A DNA stretch of 64,000 nt, taken from assembly GCA_031459875.1 (NCBI GenBank), contig JAVKHQ010000005.1, positions 32,001 to 96,000 of the forward strand, in the 5' to 3' direction. The stretch comes from Candidatus Fervidifonticultor sextus (GTDB lineage: Bacteria > Sysuimicrobiota > Sysuimicrobiia > Sysuimicrobiales > Humicultoraceae). This document shows positions 49,916-57,877 of this stretch, one piece after another. Numbering within the stretch: the stretch's first letter is position 1; each line of letters opens with the position of its first letter. The notes below the pieces were generated by a model. That model saw only the letters and a list, made by a program, of their open reading frames with translations, ran no database searches and was not told the DNA's origin. Both the position numbers and the translations under genes were made by a program.

Positions 49916-50299
49916 TCAGGGGACCACCCGGAGCGTCGCCTGCATCCCGGCTTCCCGGTGCCCGGGGATGCTGCAGTACACCACGTAGGCTCCCGGCGCC
50001 AACCGGGCTTTCACCTGCACGGTCTTGCCGGCAGGGAAGGGTTTGGCCTCCGCGACAATCTTCTTCGCCGCATTCTCGACGACAAAGTCGTGCTCGACGG
50101 CTCCGGCGTTCCGCACAGTGAATGTGACCTCGCCGGCCTTCGCCAGCAGGTCCCTGGGTTCGTAGACGAACTCCCGGGCGACCACGGTCACCGACAGGGA
50201 GGGCGAGGCGGGCGGCGGTGCCGGAGCCGCCGATGGCGTGTGTGCCGCGGTCATCCCCAGGATCGTCAGCGCCATGCCAACCCGGCGTACGATACGCAT
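49916..50299 (-). CDS. Small secreted type-1 blue copper protein (cupredoxin)
   Basis: Signal peptide; NAGAVEHDF and YCSIPGHREAGM (H, C, H, M ligands). Confidence 0.9.
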   Translation of the reverse strand: MRIVRRVGMALTILGMTAAHTPSAAPAPPPASPSLSVTVVAREFVYEPRDLLAKAGEVTFTVRNAGAVEHDFVVENAAKKIVAEAKPFPAGKTVQVKARLAPGAYVVYCSIPGHREAGMQATLRVVP

Positions 50300-50328
50300 G
50301 CTGAACCCCTCCGATCTGGACCGCGCCG

Positions 50329-51849
50329 TCAGTGCGCCGGCCGCGGCTTGATGACGAGGACCCCGTTGCCACCCCAGGCGTCCGGCCCCAGGTGGACGTC
50401 CCCCGCCTTCCGCGGGGGAGAGACGGATAGGTCGACCACCGTGAGTACCGGCGCGTACTTGTTGGTCACGTAGGCCAAAAACCCGCCGCCCTGCTTGAAG
50501 CCGTAGGCCACGCCGTGGGCGCCCTTGTACGCCGGCACTTCGCTGACGACCCGAATCTTCGATGGATCGTCGTAGTCGACCGCGATCACGCTGGCGTTGG
50601 CGGTCCCGGTGTTGGCCACGACGACGTAGCGGCCGTCCGGGCTGAACGGCGACTGAATGGGCACGGCGCCGACCCGCACGATCTTGACCACCTTGGGGTT
50701 CTTCGGATCGCGCAGGTCCTGGAAGATCAGGCGGCCCTGGAGGAGCTTGTCGTGGGTCAACAACACGGTGGTGGTGACCGCGTAGCGCTTGTTGGGCGAG
50801 ATCGCCGCGTACAGAGGCAGGTTGGCGCCGAATGCCTTCCCGTCGAGATCGGTCACCTTCGACAGGTCCACCGTGGTCAGCACCTTCTCCGCGTCCAGGT
50901 CGATGATCGACATCTGCCCCGAGAGCGCGTTCGCGACGACCATGAGCTTGCCGTCGGGCGAGATCCAGCCGCCGTGCGGTCCGAGGGGCACCTCGATGTA
51001 GCGCACCGGGACCTGGGCCGCCGGTACGGCGGGATCCACCGCCTTGACGAGATCGAGCACGGCAATCCGGTTCGCCGCGTTGATGGTCACCACGACCTTG
51101 CCCTGGGGCGTGGTGTGGGTGTGCGCGGGGGACTCGCCGACCGGGATGCGGTTCTTGACGATGCGCCGGGTCCGGGCGTCGATGATGGTCAGGTAGTTCT
51201 GATGCCAGTTGGTCTGGACGACGTAGCGCTCGTCCCAGGAGACCATGGCGTTGTGCGGGTTGTTGAAGTCGCCGTCGATGACCGCCTTCACCTTCATCGT
51301 GGCGGCATCCACCACCGTGACGGTGCCCGGCGCCTCGCGGTTGGGTCGGGTCTGGAACTGCGTGTCCACCCACACCTCGCCTCGGCCTCGCACGCGCGGT
51401 GGCACCAGGCCGGTGGGGCTGGCCGGCGGCCACGGCTTGATGAACTGCGGCAGGGGGTTCGCGCCGACCGCGATCTGCCCGTCCATGTAGGGATGGATGG
51501 CGCAGACGTAGACGTAGACCCCCGGCTTGGTGAACTGCTGGCGCGCCGTGCCCTTGCGGCCCACGATGGTGATGGTCTTCGCCGGTTCGTCGAAGCCGGT
51601 GAGGAAGGTGATGGTGTGGAGCGTCCGGGCATCAGAGAACGACCAGACGACCTCGTCGCCCGGCTCCACGCGCAGCGTCTGTGGGAAGAACCACGGCGCG
51701 AACTCGCTGACGACGACGGCGTTCTTTGGCAGGGCGGGCGGTGGCGCGCCGCCCGGGGCCTCGGGCGCGGAGCGCGCGATCCCGGCCGGCCCGGCGATCA
51801 CCGCGGCCGCGATGGCGAACACCAGCAGGCTCCTGCTCAGCGTCGGCAT
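50329..51849 (-). CDS. Secreted cupredoxin plus His-rich YVTN-type beta-propeller protein
   Basis: Signal peptide; HTITF and YVCAIHPYMDG; propeller blades with NPHN, PAHTHT, GPHGG, SPDGK, SPDGR, GAHGV, YVTN. Confidence 0.8.
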   Translation of the reverse strand: MPTLSRSLLVFAIAAAVIAGPAGIARSAPEAPGGAPPPALPKNAVVVSEFAPWFFPQTLRVEPGDEVVWSFSDARTLHTITFLTGFDEPAKTITIVGRKGTARQQFTKPGVYVYVCAIHPYMDGQIAVGANPLPQFIKPWPPASPTGLVPPRVRGRGEVWVDTQFQTRPNREAPGTVTVVDAATMKVKAVIDGDFNNPHNAMVSWDERYVVQTNWHQNYLTIIDARTRRIVKNRIPVGESPAHTHTTPQGKVVVTINAANRIAVLDLVKAVDPAVPAAQVPVRYIEVPLGPHGGWISPDGKLMVVANALSGQMSIIDLDAEKVLTTVDLSKVTDLDGKAFGANLPLYAAISPNKRYAVTTTVLLTHDKLLQGRLIFQDLRDPKNPKVVKIVRVGAVPIQSPFSPDGRYVVVANTGTANASVIAVDYDDPSKIRVVSEVPAYKGAHGVAYGFKQGGGFLAYVTNKYAPVLTVVDLSVSPPRKAGDVHLGPDAWGGNGVLVIKPRPAH

Positions 51850-51915
51850 GACGACACCCCCGTTCGTCAGGTGATCGTGCGGTCTGACAGCGTGCACTCG
51901 GACCTCTTGCATGGC

Positions 51916-52587
51916 TCATCTCGCCGCCTGGACGAACGTCCTCCATGTGCGCGCCGCGCCTGCGGCGGAGGCCGGCGCGTGGTCGGGACAGTCGATCCGC
52001 AGGGCGCGGTCGCCGAAGGCGGCGTCCACGAACGCACAGTGATGCGGGCGGGCGGGATCGGCGTGCACGTGCGGCCGAAAGTACCGGCAGGTGACGCACA
52101 TCCGGCTCGGGGCGATCTGCCCAGACTCCTGGAGGGCGCGGATCACCTTCACCAGGGCGCGCAGCAGGGCGGCCTGCTCGGTTACCCCGAGCGTGTCGAC
52201 CGCAGCGTGCACGGCTTCGCCCCAGCTCAACGCCCGACCCGCTTCGCGACGACCCGCGGGTGTGAGGACAATGAGCCGGCCACGGCCGTCGCCACCGACG
52301 GCGTGCTTGGCGACAAGCCCTTTCCGCGCCAGGGTGGTGACCGCCTGGCTCGCGCTCGCCCTGGTGACGCCCAGCGCGGCCGCGACGGCGGAGAGGCGCT
52401 GGCCACCGGGATGGCGGCGCAACATGGTGAGGATCAGCCCCTGCGTCGGCGTGAGGCCGCGTGGCCCGGCGCCACGCCACGACGCCTGCCGCAGCGCCAG
52501 AGCGATCCTGCTCAGGCCGGCGGTGACGCGTTGCCGCAGGGGCTCGCCGTCGACCTCAACCCGGGTGAACGCCGACCTGGAGACCAT
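51916..52587 (-). CDS. MarR family regulator with C-terminal 4-Cys motif
   Basis: GLTPTQGLIL, GVTRASASQAVTTLARKGLV, DGRGRLIVLTPAG; RMCVTCRYF..HHCAF..IDCPDH; SD AGGAG before ATG 52587. Confidence 0.88.
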   Translation of the reverse strand: MVSRSAFTRVEVDGEPLRQRVTAGLSRIALALRQASWRGAGPRGLTPTQGLILTMLRRHPGGQRLSAVAAALGVTRASASQAVTTLARKGLVAKHAVGGDGRGRLIVLTPAGRREAGRALSWGEAVHAAVDTLGVTEQAALLRALVKVIRALQESGQIAPSRMCVTCRYFRPHVHADPARPHHCAFVDAAFGDRALRIDCPDHAPASAAGAARTWRTFVQAAR

Positions 52588-52837
52588 GTTGGTTAAGTCT
52601 CCTAACGACTCGTTGCCTCCCGGGTTCGACACAGAGGTCGAGGTTCCTGCACGCCTCCGACGGACCGCGGAGGCACGCCAACCTTCGGGCCAGTGGACGC
52701 CCGCCAAGAGGGGGCCGCCACGGGCGCCGGCACCGGGGAGCATGATGTCGCTCTCCGGGACAGGGCCGTGGGTGATCCCGCGGGCGCGATTCCTCGGTTG
52801 GTCGGCGGGTGCGGGCCCGGCGCCGTCCGGCCGAAGG

Positions 52838-53347
52838 TCAGGGCGCCGCCATTCGCACCGGCACCCGGACCGCCACCGCCCCGGCCTGCTCGAAGTGCAG
52901 CGTCGCTGTGAACCGATCCCCCTCCCGAAGGTCGCGCTTGAGGCCAAGCAGCATGATGTGGAGGCCGCTTGGCCGCAGCGTCACCCGGCCGCCCGCGGGC
53001 ACCACAATAGCCGGCAGCTTGTGCATGCGACTCATGCCGCCCTCCATGCGCGTCTCGTGGAGCTCCACGGCGGCGGCAACGTCGGTCTCGGCACGCACCA
53101 GACGATCACCCCTCGGTCCGGTGTTGTGGATGGTCATGTAGATCGCCGACGTGCCGGGGCCCATGGCCATGGTGGTCCCGTGGGCACCGGCGGGAGCCGC
53201 GATGCCTGGCCGCGCCTAGGCGTCCTCGATGCGGATAGGCGAGGCCGGCGGCGCCGCTTCGCTGGCAGCGATGGCGGCCATGAACACCACTGCGGTGAAG
53301 AGGGCCGTGCCTCGCAGCCACGAGATTCTCAAGCACATCAAGTCCAT
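52838..53347 (-). pseudogene. Copper chaperone PCu(A)C, copy 2, interrupted by an in-frame TAG
   Basis: Signal peptide, then IRIEDA-[TAG 53218-53216]-ARPG where copy 1 has IEKA-W-ARPG; ELHETRMEGGMSRM...GLHIML intact. Confidence 0.85.
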
Positions 53348-53396
53348 ACTCATCACTCCTTTCCAGCCCGCACCAATGCCAAGTCGGGCGTCGAGC

Positions 53397-53972
53397 CTAG
53401 TGCCGCAACAGCTGCCGGATGTCGTGTACCAGGTCGTCCGCGGTGGCCTCGTGGCTCAGATTCAGACGCCAGCGGCCCTGCCGGTCGATGACGGCGATGT
53501 TCGCCGAGTGCGCCACGAGGTACCCCGCCGCGCTCTTGGGCACCGGGACCTTCTCGAACGCCGCGCCGAAGAATCGGTACGTGGTGGTCAGTGCGTCCGG
53601 GGGGCCCGCCAGGCCCACGAACTCCGGATGGAACAGCCGCAGGTACCGGTCGAGGAACGCCGGCGTGTCGATTTCCTGGTCCACCGTGACGAATACGAAG
53701 CGAACCCGTGCGGCATCCGCCCCGAGCCTCTCGGCGACCTGGCGGAAGACCCCGAGTACGAGGGGGCAGACATCCGGGCACCGGGTGTACCCGAAGAAGA
53801 TCAGGACGACCCGACCCCGCTGCCCGGCCAGGTTGAACGGGTGCCCATGTTGGTCGGTGAGCGTGAGCGCCGGCACCGGACGGGGAGGATCGAGCACGCG
53901 GCCCCGGAAGGTCGGGCGCTGGCAGGCTGAGACCAGCAGCACCAACAGGCCGACGGCGATCCATCTGGACAT
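53397..53972 (-). CDS. SCO family copper chaperone lipoprotein, copy 2
   Basis: Lipobox LVSAC, FFGYTRCPDVCP, VAHS; near-identical to copy 1 (e.g. DTPAFLDRYLRLF, FFGAAF). Confidence 0.94.
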   Translation of the reverse strand: MSRWIAVGLLVLLVSACQRPTFRGRVLDPPRPVPALTLTDQHGHPFNLAGQRGRVVLIFFGYTRCPDVCPLVLGVFRQVAERLGADAARVRFVFVTVDQEIDTPAFLDRYLRLFHPEFVGLAGPPDALTTTYRFFGAAFEKVPVPKSAAGYLVAHSANIAVIDRQGRWRLNLSHEATADDLVHDIRQLLRH

Positions 53973-54062
53973 GGGTGACCTCCCTCGAAAAGCGTTCAGC
54001 GCGGCACACGTCACGGCGTCCCCGCCGATGGGGCGGAGCGCGGGCCGCAGTGACCTCGGTGA

Positions 54063-54581
54063 CTAGGCGAGAGGGTCTGGTCGGGGCGGGGGATCCGGGA
54101 CGGGAATGGCGACCCGGGCGACGCGCGGCGGGGCCAGACCTGCGATCTGTCCGGTGGCCCGGGGGGCGGGGGGCCCCGCAGGCGCCGCCACCGTTGCGAC
54201 CGACAGGCCGGTCGTGCTCAGGACCATCGCGCCCGAGGCAGTCCCGGGAAGGACCGACACGACGCGCGGGACTTGGGGGTCGCCCTGGGCCATTCGTTGG
54301 GTCTGCCCCCCGCCCGTCCAGTGTCGTCCCGGATGTCCGGCGGAGCCGTGCGGTCTGTCGTGGTCGTGGTGACGGTGGTGGGCGAGTGCTTCAGCGCGCT
54401 GCGCGGGGGTGCCGCCGATGACGAGATGCAGGTGGTAGGGATCGCGCTCCACCGCCTGCGTGTTGGCGATGGGCAGGATCAGCCGCGCGATGGTCACCAG
54501 CAACAGGCCCGTGCCCGCAGCCTGGCGTGGCGACGAGCGATCCCAGCGGGCGACCAATGTCGCGCGAGGCACGAGCATCAT
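54063..54581 (-). CDS. His-rich putative leader peptide, paralog 2
   Basis: Hydrophobic segment, ERDPYHLHLVIGGTPAQRAEALAHHRHHDH, PRVVSV, C-terminal VPDPPPRPDPLA. Confidence 0.78.
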   Translation of the reverse strand: MMLVPRATLVARWDRSSPRQAAGTGLLLVTIARLILPIANTQAVERDPYHLHLVIGGTPAQRAEALAHHRHHDHDRPHGSAGHPGRHWTGGGQTQRMAQGDPQVPRVVSVLPGTASGAMVLSTTGLSVATVAAPAGPPAPRATGQIAGLAPPRVARVAIPVPDPPPRPDPLA

Positions 54582-54594
54582 GCTGTACCCGCTC

Positions 54595-54624
54595 ATTATA
54601 GTCGGTCGCCGCACCAGCGTGCAA
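54595..54624 (-). promoter_or_regulatory. Sigma70-type promoter TTGCAC-N18-TATAAT for leader-SCO-PCuAC cassette 2
   Basis: Minus strand -35 at 54624-54619, -10 at 54600-54595; ATG 13 nt downstream. Confidence 0.7.
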
Positions 54625-54710
54625 CGCACAGAGGGGAGGAGAGGGGCGGACGCACCCGGGGAAGTCACGTCCCGTCGCCGGGAGAGATCGCGGCAGGTCG
54701 CGTGAACTCG

Positions 54711-55625
54711 TTAGCGCGTCTTCAGGTAGCGGAGAAGCCCCAGCGCGCTCAGCCGCGTGGACATGATCGTCTCGAACCGGGCCACGCGGTCTGGCCCGTC
54801 GAGCCGGGCGGCTTCGACCGCCATCACGTGGCGCATCCGGCGCGCGATCGCGTCTTCATCAGCGCCGTCCTCCAGGGCCACGCGGACCAGTTCCACCGCC
54901 GCGTGCAGGCGCTGCTGCAACTGCGCCAGCAGCTCCTCGACCCAGGTGTGCGCGCCGAAGTGCGTCAGCAGGAGCCGCCGCGCTCCAAGCCCCTGCAGGC
55001 GCCCGATGGTGGCATCCCACGCCGGGACGTCGAGTTCGGGGGGTGGGGTCGGGGGGCGGACGTAGCGGGATCCCGGCAGCGCCACGCCGGCCGCGTCCCC
55101 GGTGAAGAGGTCCCCGGAGGCGCGATCGAAGTAGACGACGTGATGACGGGCGTGGCCGGGGGTATCGAAGACGGCCAGCCGACGCGACCCCAGCAACACC
55201 TCCGCCCCCTCGCCGATGACGCGGATCCGCTCGTGGGGCACCGGGGCCACCTCGCCGAAGAGCCGCTCCAGGTCCGCGCCGTACAGCCGCCGGGCGCTGG
55301 CCATCAGCCGCGAGGGATCCGCCAGGTGGGGCGCGCCCACCGGGTGCACGTAGACCTCCAGATGCGGGAACCGACGCACGAGGACGCCGGTGGCGCCCGC
55401 ATGGTCCAGGTGAATGTGGGTCACGGCCAGGGCCTGGAGGTCTTCGGGCTCCACCCCCGCGGCCCGCACGCTCTCCAGGAGGGTCTCCACGGTAGACGCC
55501 GGCCCGGTCTCGATCAGGGCCGGCCGGTCGCCCGTCAGCAGGTAGGCGCCGATGGCCTGCGGGGTCCCTTCGTAGTCGGTGTCAATCAGAACGAGATCGT
55601 CGGCCAGGCGTTCGATGCGCGGCAT
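54711..55625 (-). CDS. MBL-fold metallo-hydrolase
   Basis: THIHLDHAGA, TPGHARHH, FTGDAAG, THFG. Confidence 0.92.
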   Translation of the reverse strand: MPRIERLADDLVLIDTDYEGTPQAIGAYLLTGDRPALIETGPASTVETLLESVRAAGVEPEDLQALAVTHIHLDHAGATGVLVRRFPHLEVYVHPVGAPHLADPSRLMASARRLYGADLERLFGEVAPVPHERIRVIGEGAEVLLGSRRLAVFDTPGHARHHVVYFDRASGDLFTGDAAGVALPGSRYVRPPTPPPELDVPAWDATIGRLQGLGARRLLLTHFGAHTWVEELLAQLQQRLHAAVELVRVALEDGADEDAIARRMRHVMAVEAARLDGPDRVARFETIMSTRLSALGLLRYLKTR

Positions 55626-55726
55626 GGGTCGTCCCCCGGTGAGCGTCCGGCATCACAATAACACAGCCGGATGTGGTATGCTCACCTGCGAGATTGCCAC
55701 GCGAGCCTCAGGTGAGGGGTTGCGGC

Positions 55727-56377
55727 ATGTCACCAGGCGGCAAGGCTACCCGGGAGGCGAAGCGACAGCGCCGTGAGGCGGCGCTCGCGGCCCGGCGCGA
55801 AGAGCAGCGTCGGCTCCAGGCCCGGCGGCGACGGCGGGCGCTGGCCGTCTACGGGGGCATCGCCTTGATCGTGGTGGCCGGCGTGGGGTTGCTGACGCTC
55901 TCGGCGCTCCGCCCTCAGTCCAGCATCTTGGGTGCCATCGGCGGCTTCGGGAAGCCGTCTGGCCTGGAGGGGGTCCAGGTGTTTGCGGACCAGGGCGCGG
56001 CCCACATCACCCTGGGCCAGGCGCACCCTCCGTACAACTCCAATCCGCCCACCTCGGGATGGCACACTCCCTTCACCGCCCCCTGGGGAGTGCACCGCAC
56101 GTCGATCGCGGACGAGATCATCGTCCACAACCTGGAGCACGGCGGCATCTGGATTTCATACAGGGACGCATCCGACACGGCGCTGGTGGAGAGGCTGGAA
56201 GCCCTGGTGTCCCGCTACCGCTCCAAGGTGATCCTGACGCCGCGGTCCAATAACGACAGCCGGATCGCCGTGGCCGCCTGGACGCGCCTGCTGAAACTCG
56301 ACGAGTACGACGAGCGGAAGATCGTGGCCTTCATCAACGCCTTCAAGAACAAGGGACCGGAGATGGTCCCTGACTGA
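55727..56377 (+). CDS. DUF3105 domain membrane-anchored protein
   Basis: Basic N-terminus plus TM; YNSNPPTSGWH, VHNLEHGGIWISY, AAWTRLL, GPE. Confidence 0.85.
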   Translation: MSPGGKATREAKRQRREAALAARREEQRRLQARRRRRALAVYGGIALIVVAGVGLLTLSALRPQSSILGAIGGFGKPSGLEGVQVFADQGAAHITLGQAHPPYNSNPPTSGWHTPFTAPWGVHRTSIADEIIVHNLEHGGIWISYRDASDTALVERLEALVSRYRSKVILTPRSNNDSRIAVAAWTRLLKLDEYDERKIVAFINAFKNKGPEMVPD

Positions 56378-56380
56378 GCG

Positions 56381-56860
56381 GTGGAGGACCGGCGGCTGAT
56401 GGAGGCTGCACGTTGCGCCAGGGCGGCGGCCGTGGTCACGCGCCCGGTCCGAACGTCTCTGCTCCCCGTGTTCCTGGTCATCGTCCTTCTTGGTGCTTTC
56501 GATCCGGGTGCGGGGGAGCGGGGTCCTTCGCACGCACACATCGTAATCGGTGGCACCCCGGACGAGCAGGCGCGAGCCCTCGCTGCCCATTTGCGGGGCG
56601 CGCACTCGTCGGCCACCTCCCACGCCTGGCATGTGCTCTTCCGGGCCTCCGACGAGGCGACAGACCACCCCCACGTGATCTCCATCAGCACGGGTGCGGT
56701 CGGTGCCTCCGTCCTCGGAGTCGGCGACGGGACCATGGTGGCCGCGCCCGCCAGCCGGGTGCCCCGCGCACCGCTGTCCGGCCGGGTTGTGCCCCTGCAG
56801 TCCGCGGCGCCGGCCGAAGCCGATCGGACCGTCCCTGATCCGCCTCCTCGCCTCACCTGA
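56381..56860 (+). CDS. His-containing putative leader peptide, paralog 3
   Basis: Hydrophobic segment, ERGPSHAHIVIGGTPDEQARALAAHLRGAH, PHVISI, C-terminal VPDPPPRLT. Confidence 0.75.
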   Translation: MEDRRLMEAARCARAAAVVTRPVRTSLLPVFLVIVLLGAFDPGAGERGPSHAHIVIGGTPDEQARALAAHLRGAHSSATSHAWHVLFRASDEATDHPHVISISTGAVGASVLGVGDGTMVAAPASRVPRAPLSGRVVPLQSAAPAEADRTVPDPPPRLT

Positions 56861-56961
56861 ACCGTCCGGCTACACACATGGCACGCTGGCGGACGGGCAT
56901 CGCCCCCGGAGGTCGTGGTCCCGCCTGCGGGTCGATGCCCAGATCATGGGAGGTGGGCACT

Positions 56962-57396
56962 GTGAGAAGGCAGCTCCTTGTGCTGGCCCTGTGCGTCCCC
57001 CTGACCCTGGGCGTCATCGCGCCAGCCGTTCTCGGTCACCAGACGAAGGTGGTGGGCGGCAAGTACCGGGTAATCGTGGGGTTTGTCCGGGAGCCCGCCT
57101 TCACCGATGAGCGCAACGGCCTGGACCTGATCGTGCGCCGGGTTGAAGACAATGCCCCCGTGGAGCACCTCGAACGCAGCCTCTCGGCCGAACTGATCGC
57201 CCCAGGAGGCCAGGGCAGGCGGGCGCTGCGGCTTCGGCCGCAGTTCGGCCGGCCCGGCTACTACACCGACGACTTCATCCTGACCCGTCCGGGTGTCTAC
57301 CAGATCCGCGTGTGGGGCGTCATCGCTGACGTGCGCTTCGACGAGACGTTTGAGTCCCATGAGGTCAGGCCGCTCAGTGAGTTGCGGTTTCCGTAG
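56962..57396 (+). CDS. Secreted hypothetical protein (Ig/YtkA-like), probable N-terminal His after cleavage
   Basis: GTG after GGGAGG; signal peptide ending VLG-HQ; VGFVREPAF, PGYYTDDFILTRPGVY. Confidence 0.72.
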   Translation: MRRQLLVLALCVPLTLGVIAPAVLGHQTKVVGGKYRVIVGFVREPAFTDERNGLDLIVRRVEDNAPVEHLERSLSAELIAPGGQGRRALRLRPQFGRPGYYTDDFILTRPGVYQIRVWGVIADVRFDETFESHEVRPLSELRFP

Positions 57397-57397
57397 C

Positions 57398-57856
57398 ATG
57401 CGGGGATCGTTTCCCGAGACTGTCCTGGTCGGCGCCGCCCTGGCCCTCCTGGGGGCCGGGGCGGCTGCCGCCCACGCCTACCTCAGGGCCGCGGAGCCGG
57501 CCGAGGACAGCACGGTGGCGGTCGCCCCCAGCGAGGTTCGGCTTGTGTTCAGCGAACCCATCGAGGTCCGGTTCAGTACCTTCAAGGTCTATCGGGTGCC
57601 CGCTGATCCGGGGTGGGATCGGCGTCGCCTCAACGCGGCTGCAGGCGCCCTGGTCTCGGAGGTCCTTCGGCGTCGCGGTGACGAAGCCGACCGGGCGGAT
57701 GCCGGCCTGGCGACGGCCGCACGTACGACCACCACCGTGACGCTACGCCTGCGTCCCCATCTGGCTCCCGGCGCCTACGCGGTGATGTGGCGGGTGCTGT
57801 CGATCGACACGCATGTCACCCAGGGCTTCTACGTGTTTCGGATCAGACCGAACTGA
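57398..57856 (+). CDS. copC: Copper resistance protein CopC
   Basis: AAA-HAYL (mature His1), VRLVFSEPIE, PGAYAVMWRVLSIDTHVTQG. Confidence 0.9.
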   Translation: MRGSFPETVLVGAALALLGAGAAAAHAYLRAAEPAEDSTVAVAPSEVRLVFSEPIEVRFSTFKVYRVPADPGWDRRRLNAAAGALVSEVLRRRGDEADRADAGLATAARTTTTVTLRLRPHLAPGAYAVMWRVLSIDTHVTQGFYVFRIRPN

Positions 57857-57877
57857 AGGGACGCGTCACCCGATCTC

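Noticed and set aside
50329..51849. Nitrous oxide reductase or cd1 nitrite reductase
   Set aside because: No CuA motif, no CxxCH, domain order differs, and no nos/nir accessory genes.
53216..53218. Pyrrolysine or programmed readthrough of TAG in PCuAC copy 2
   Set aside because: The position is a structural Trp (TGG) in the paralog, so a single transition explains it; no pyl genes in the window.
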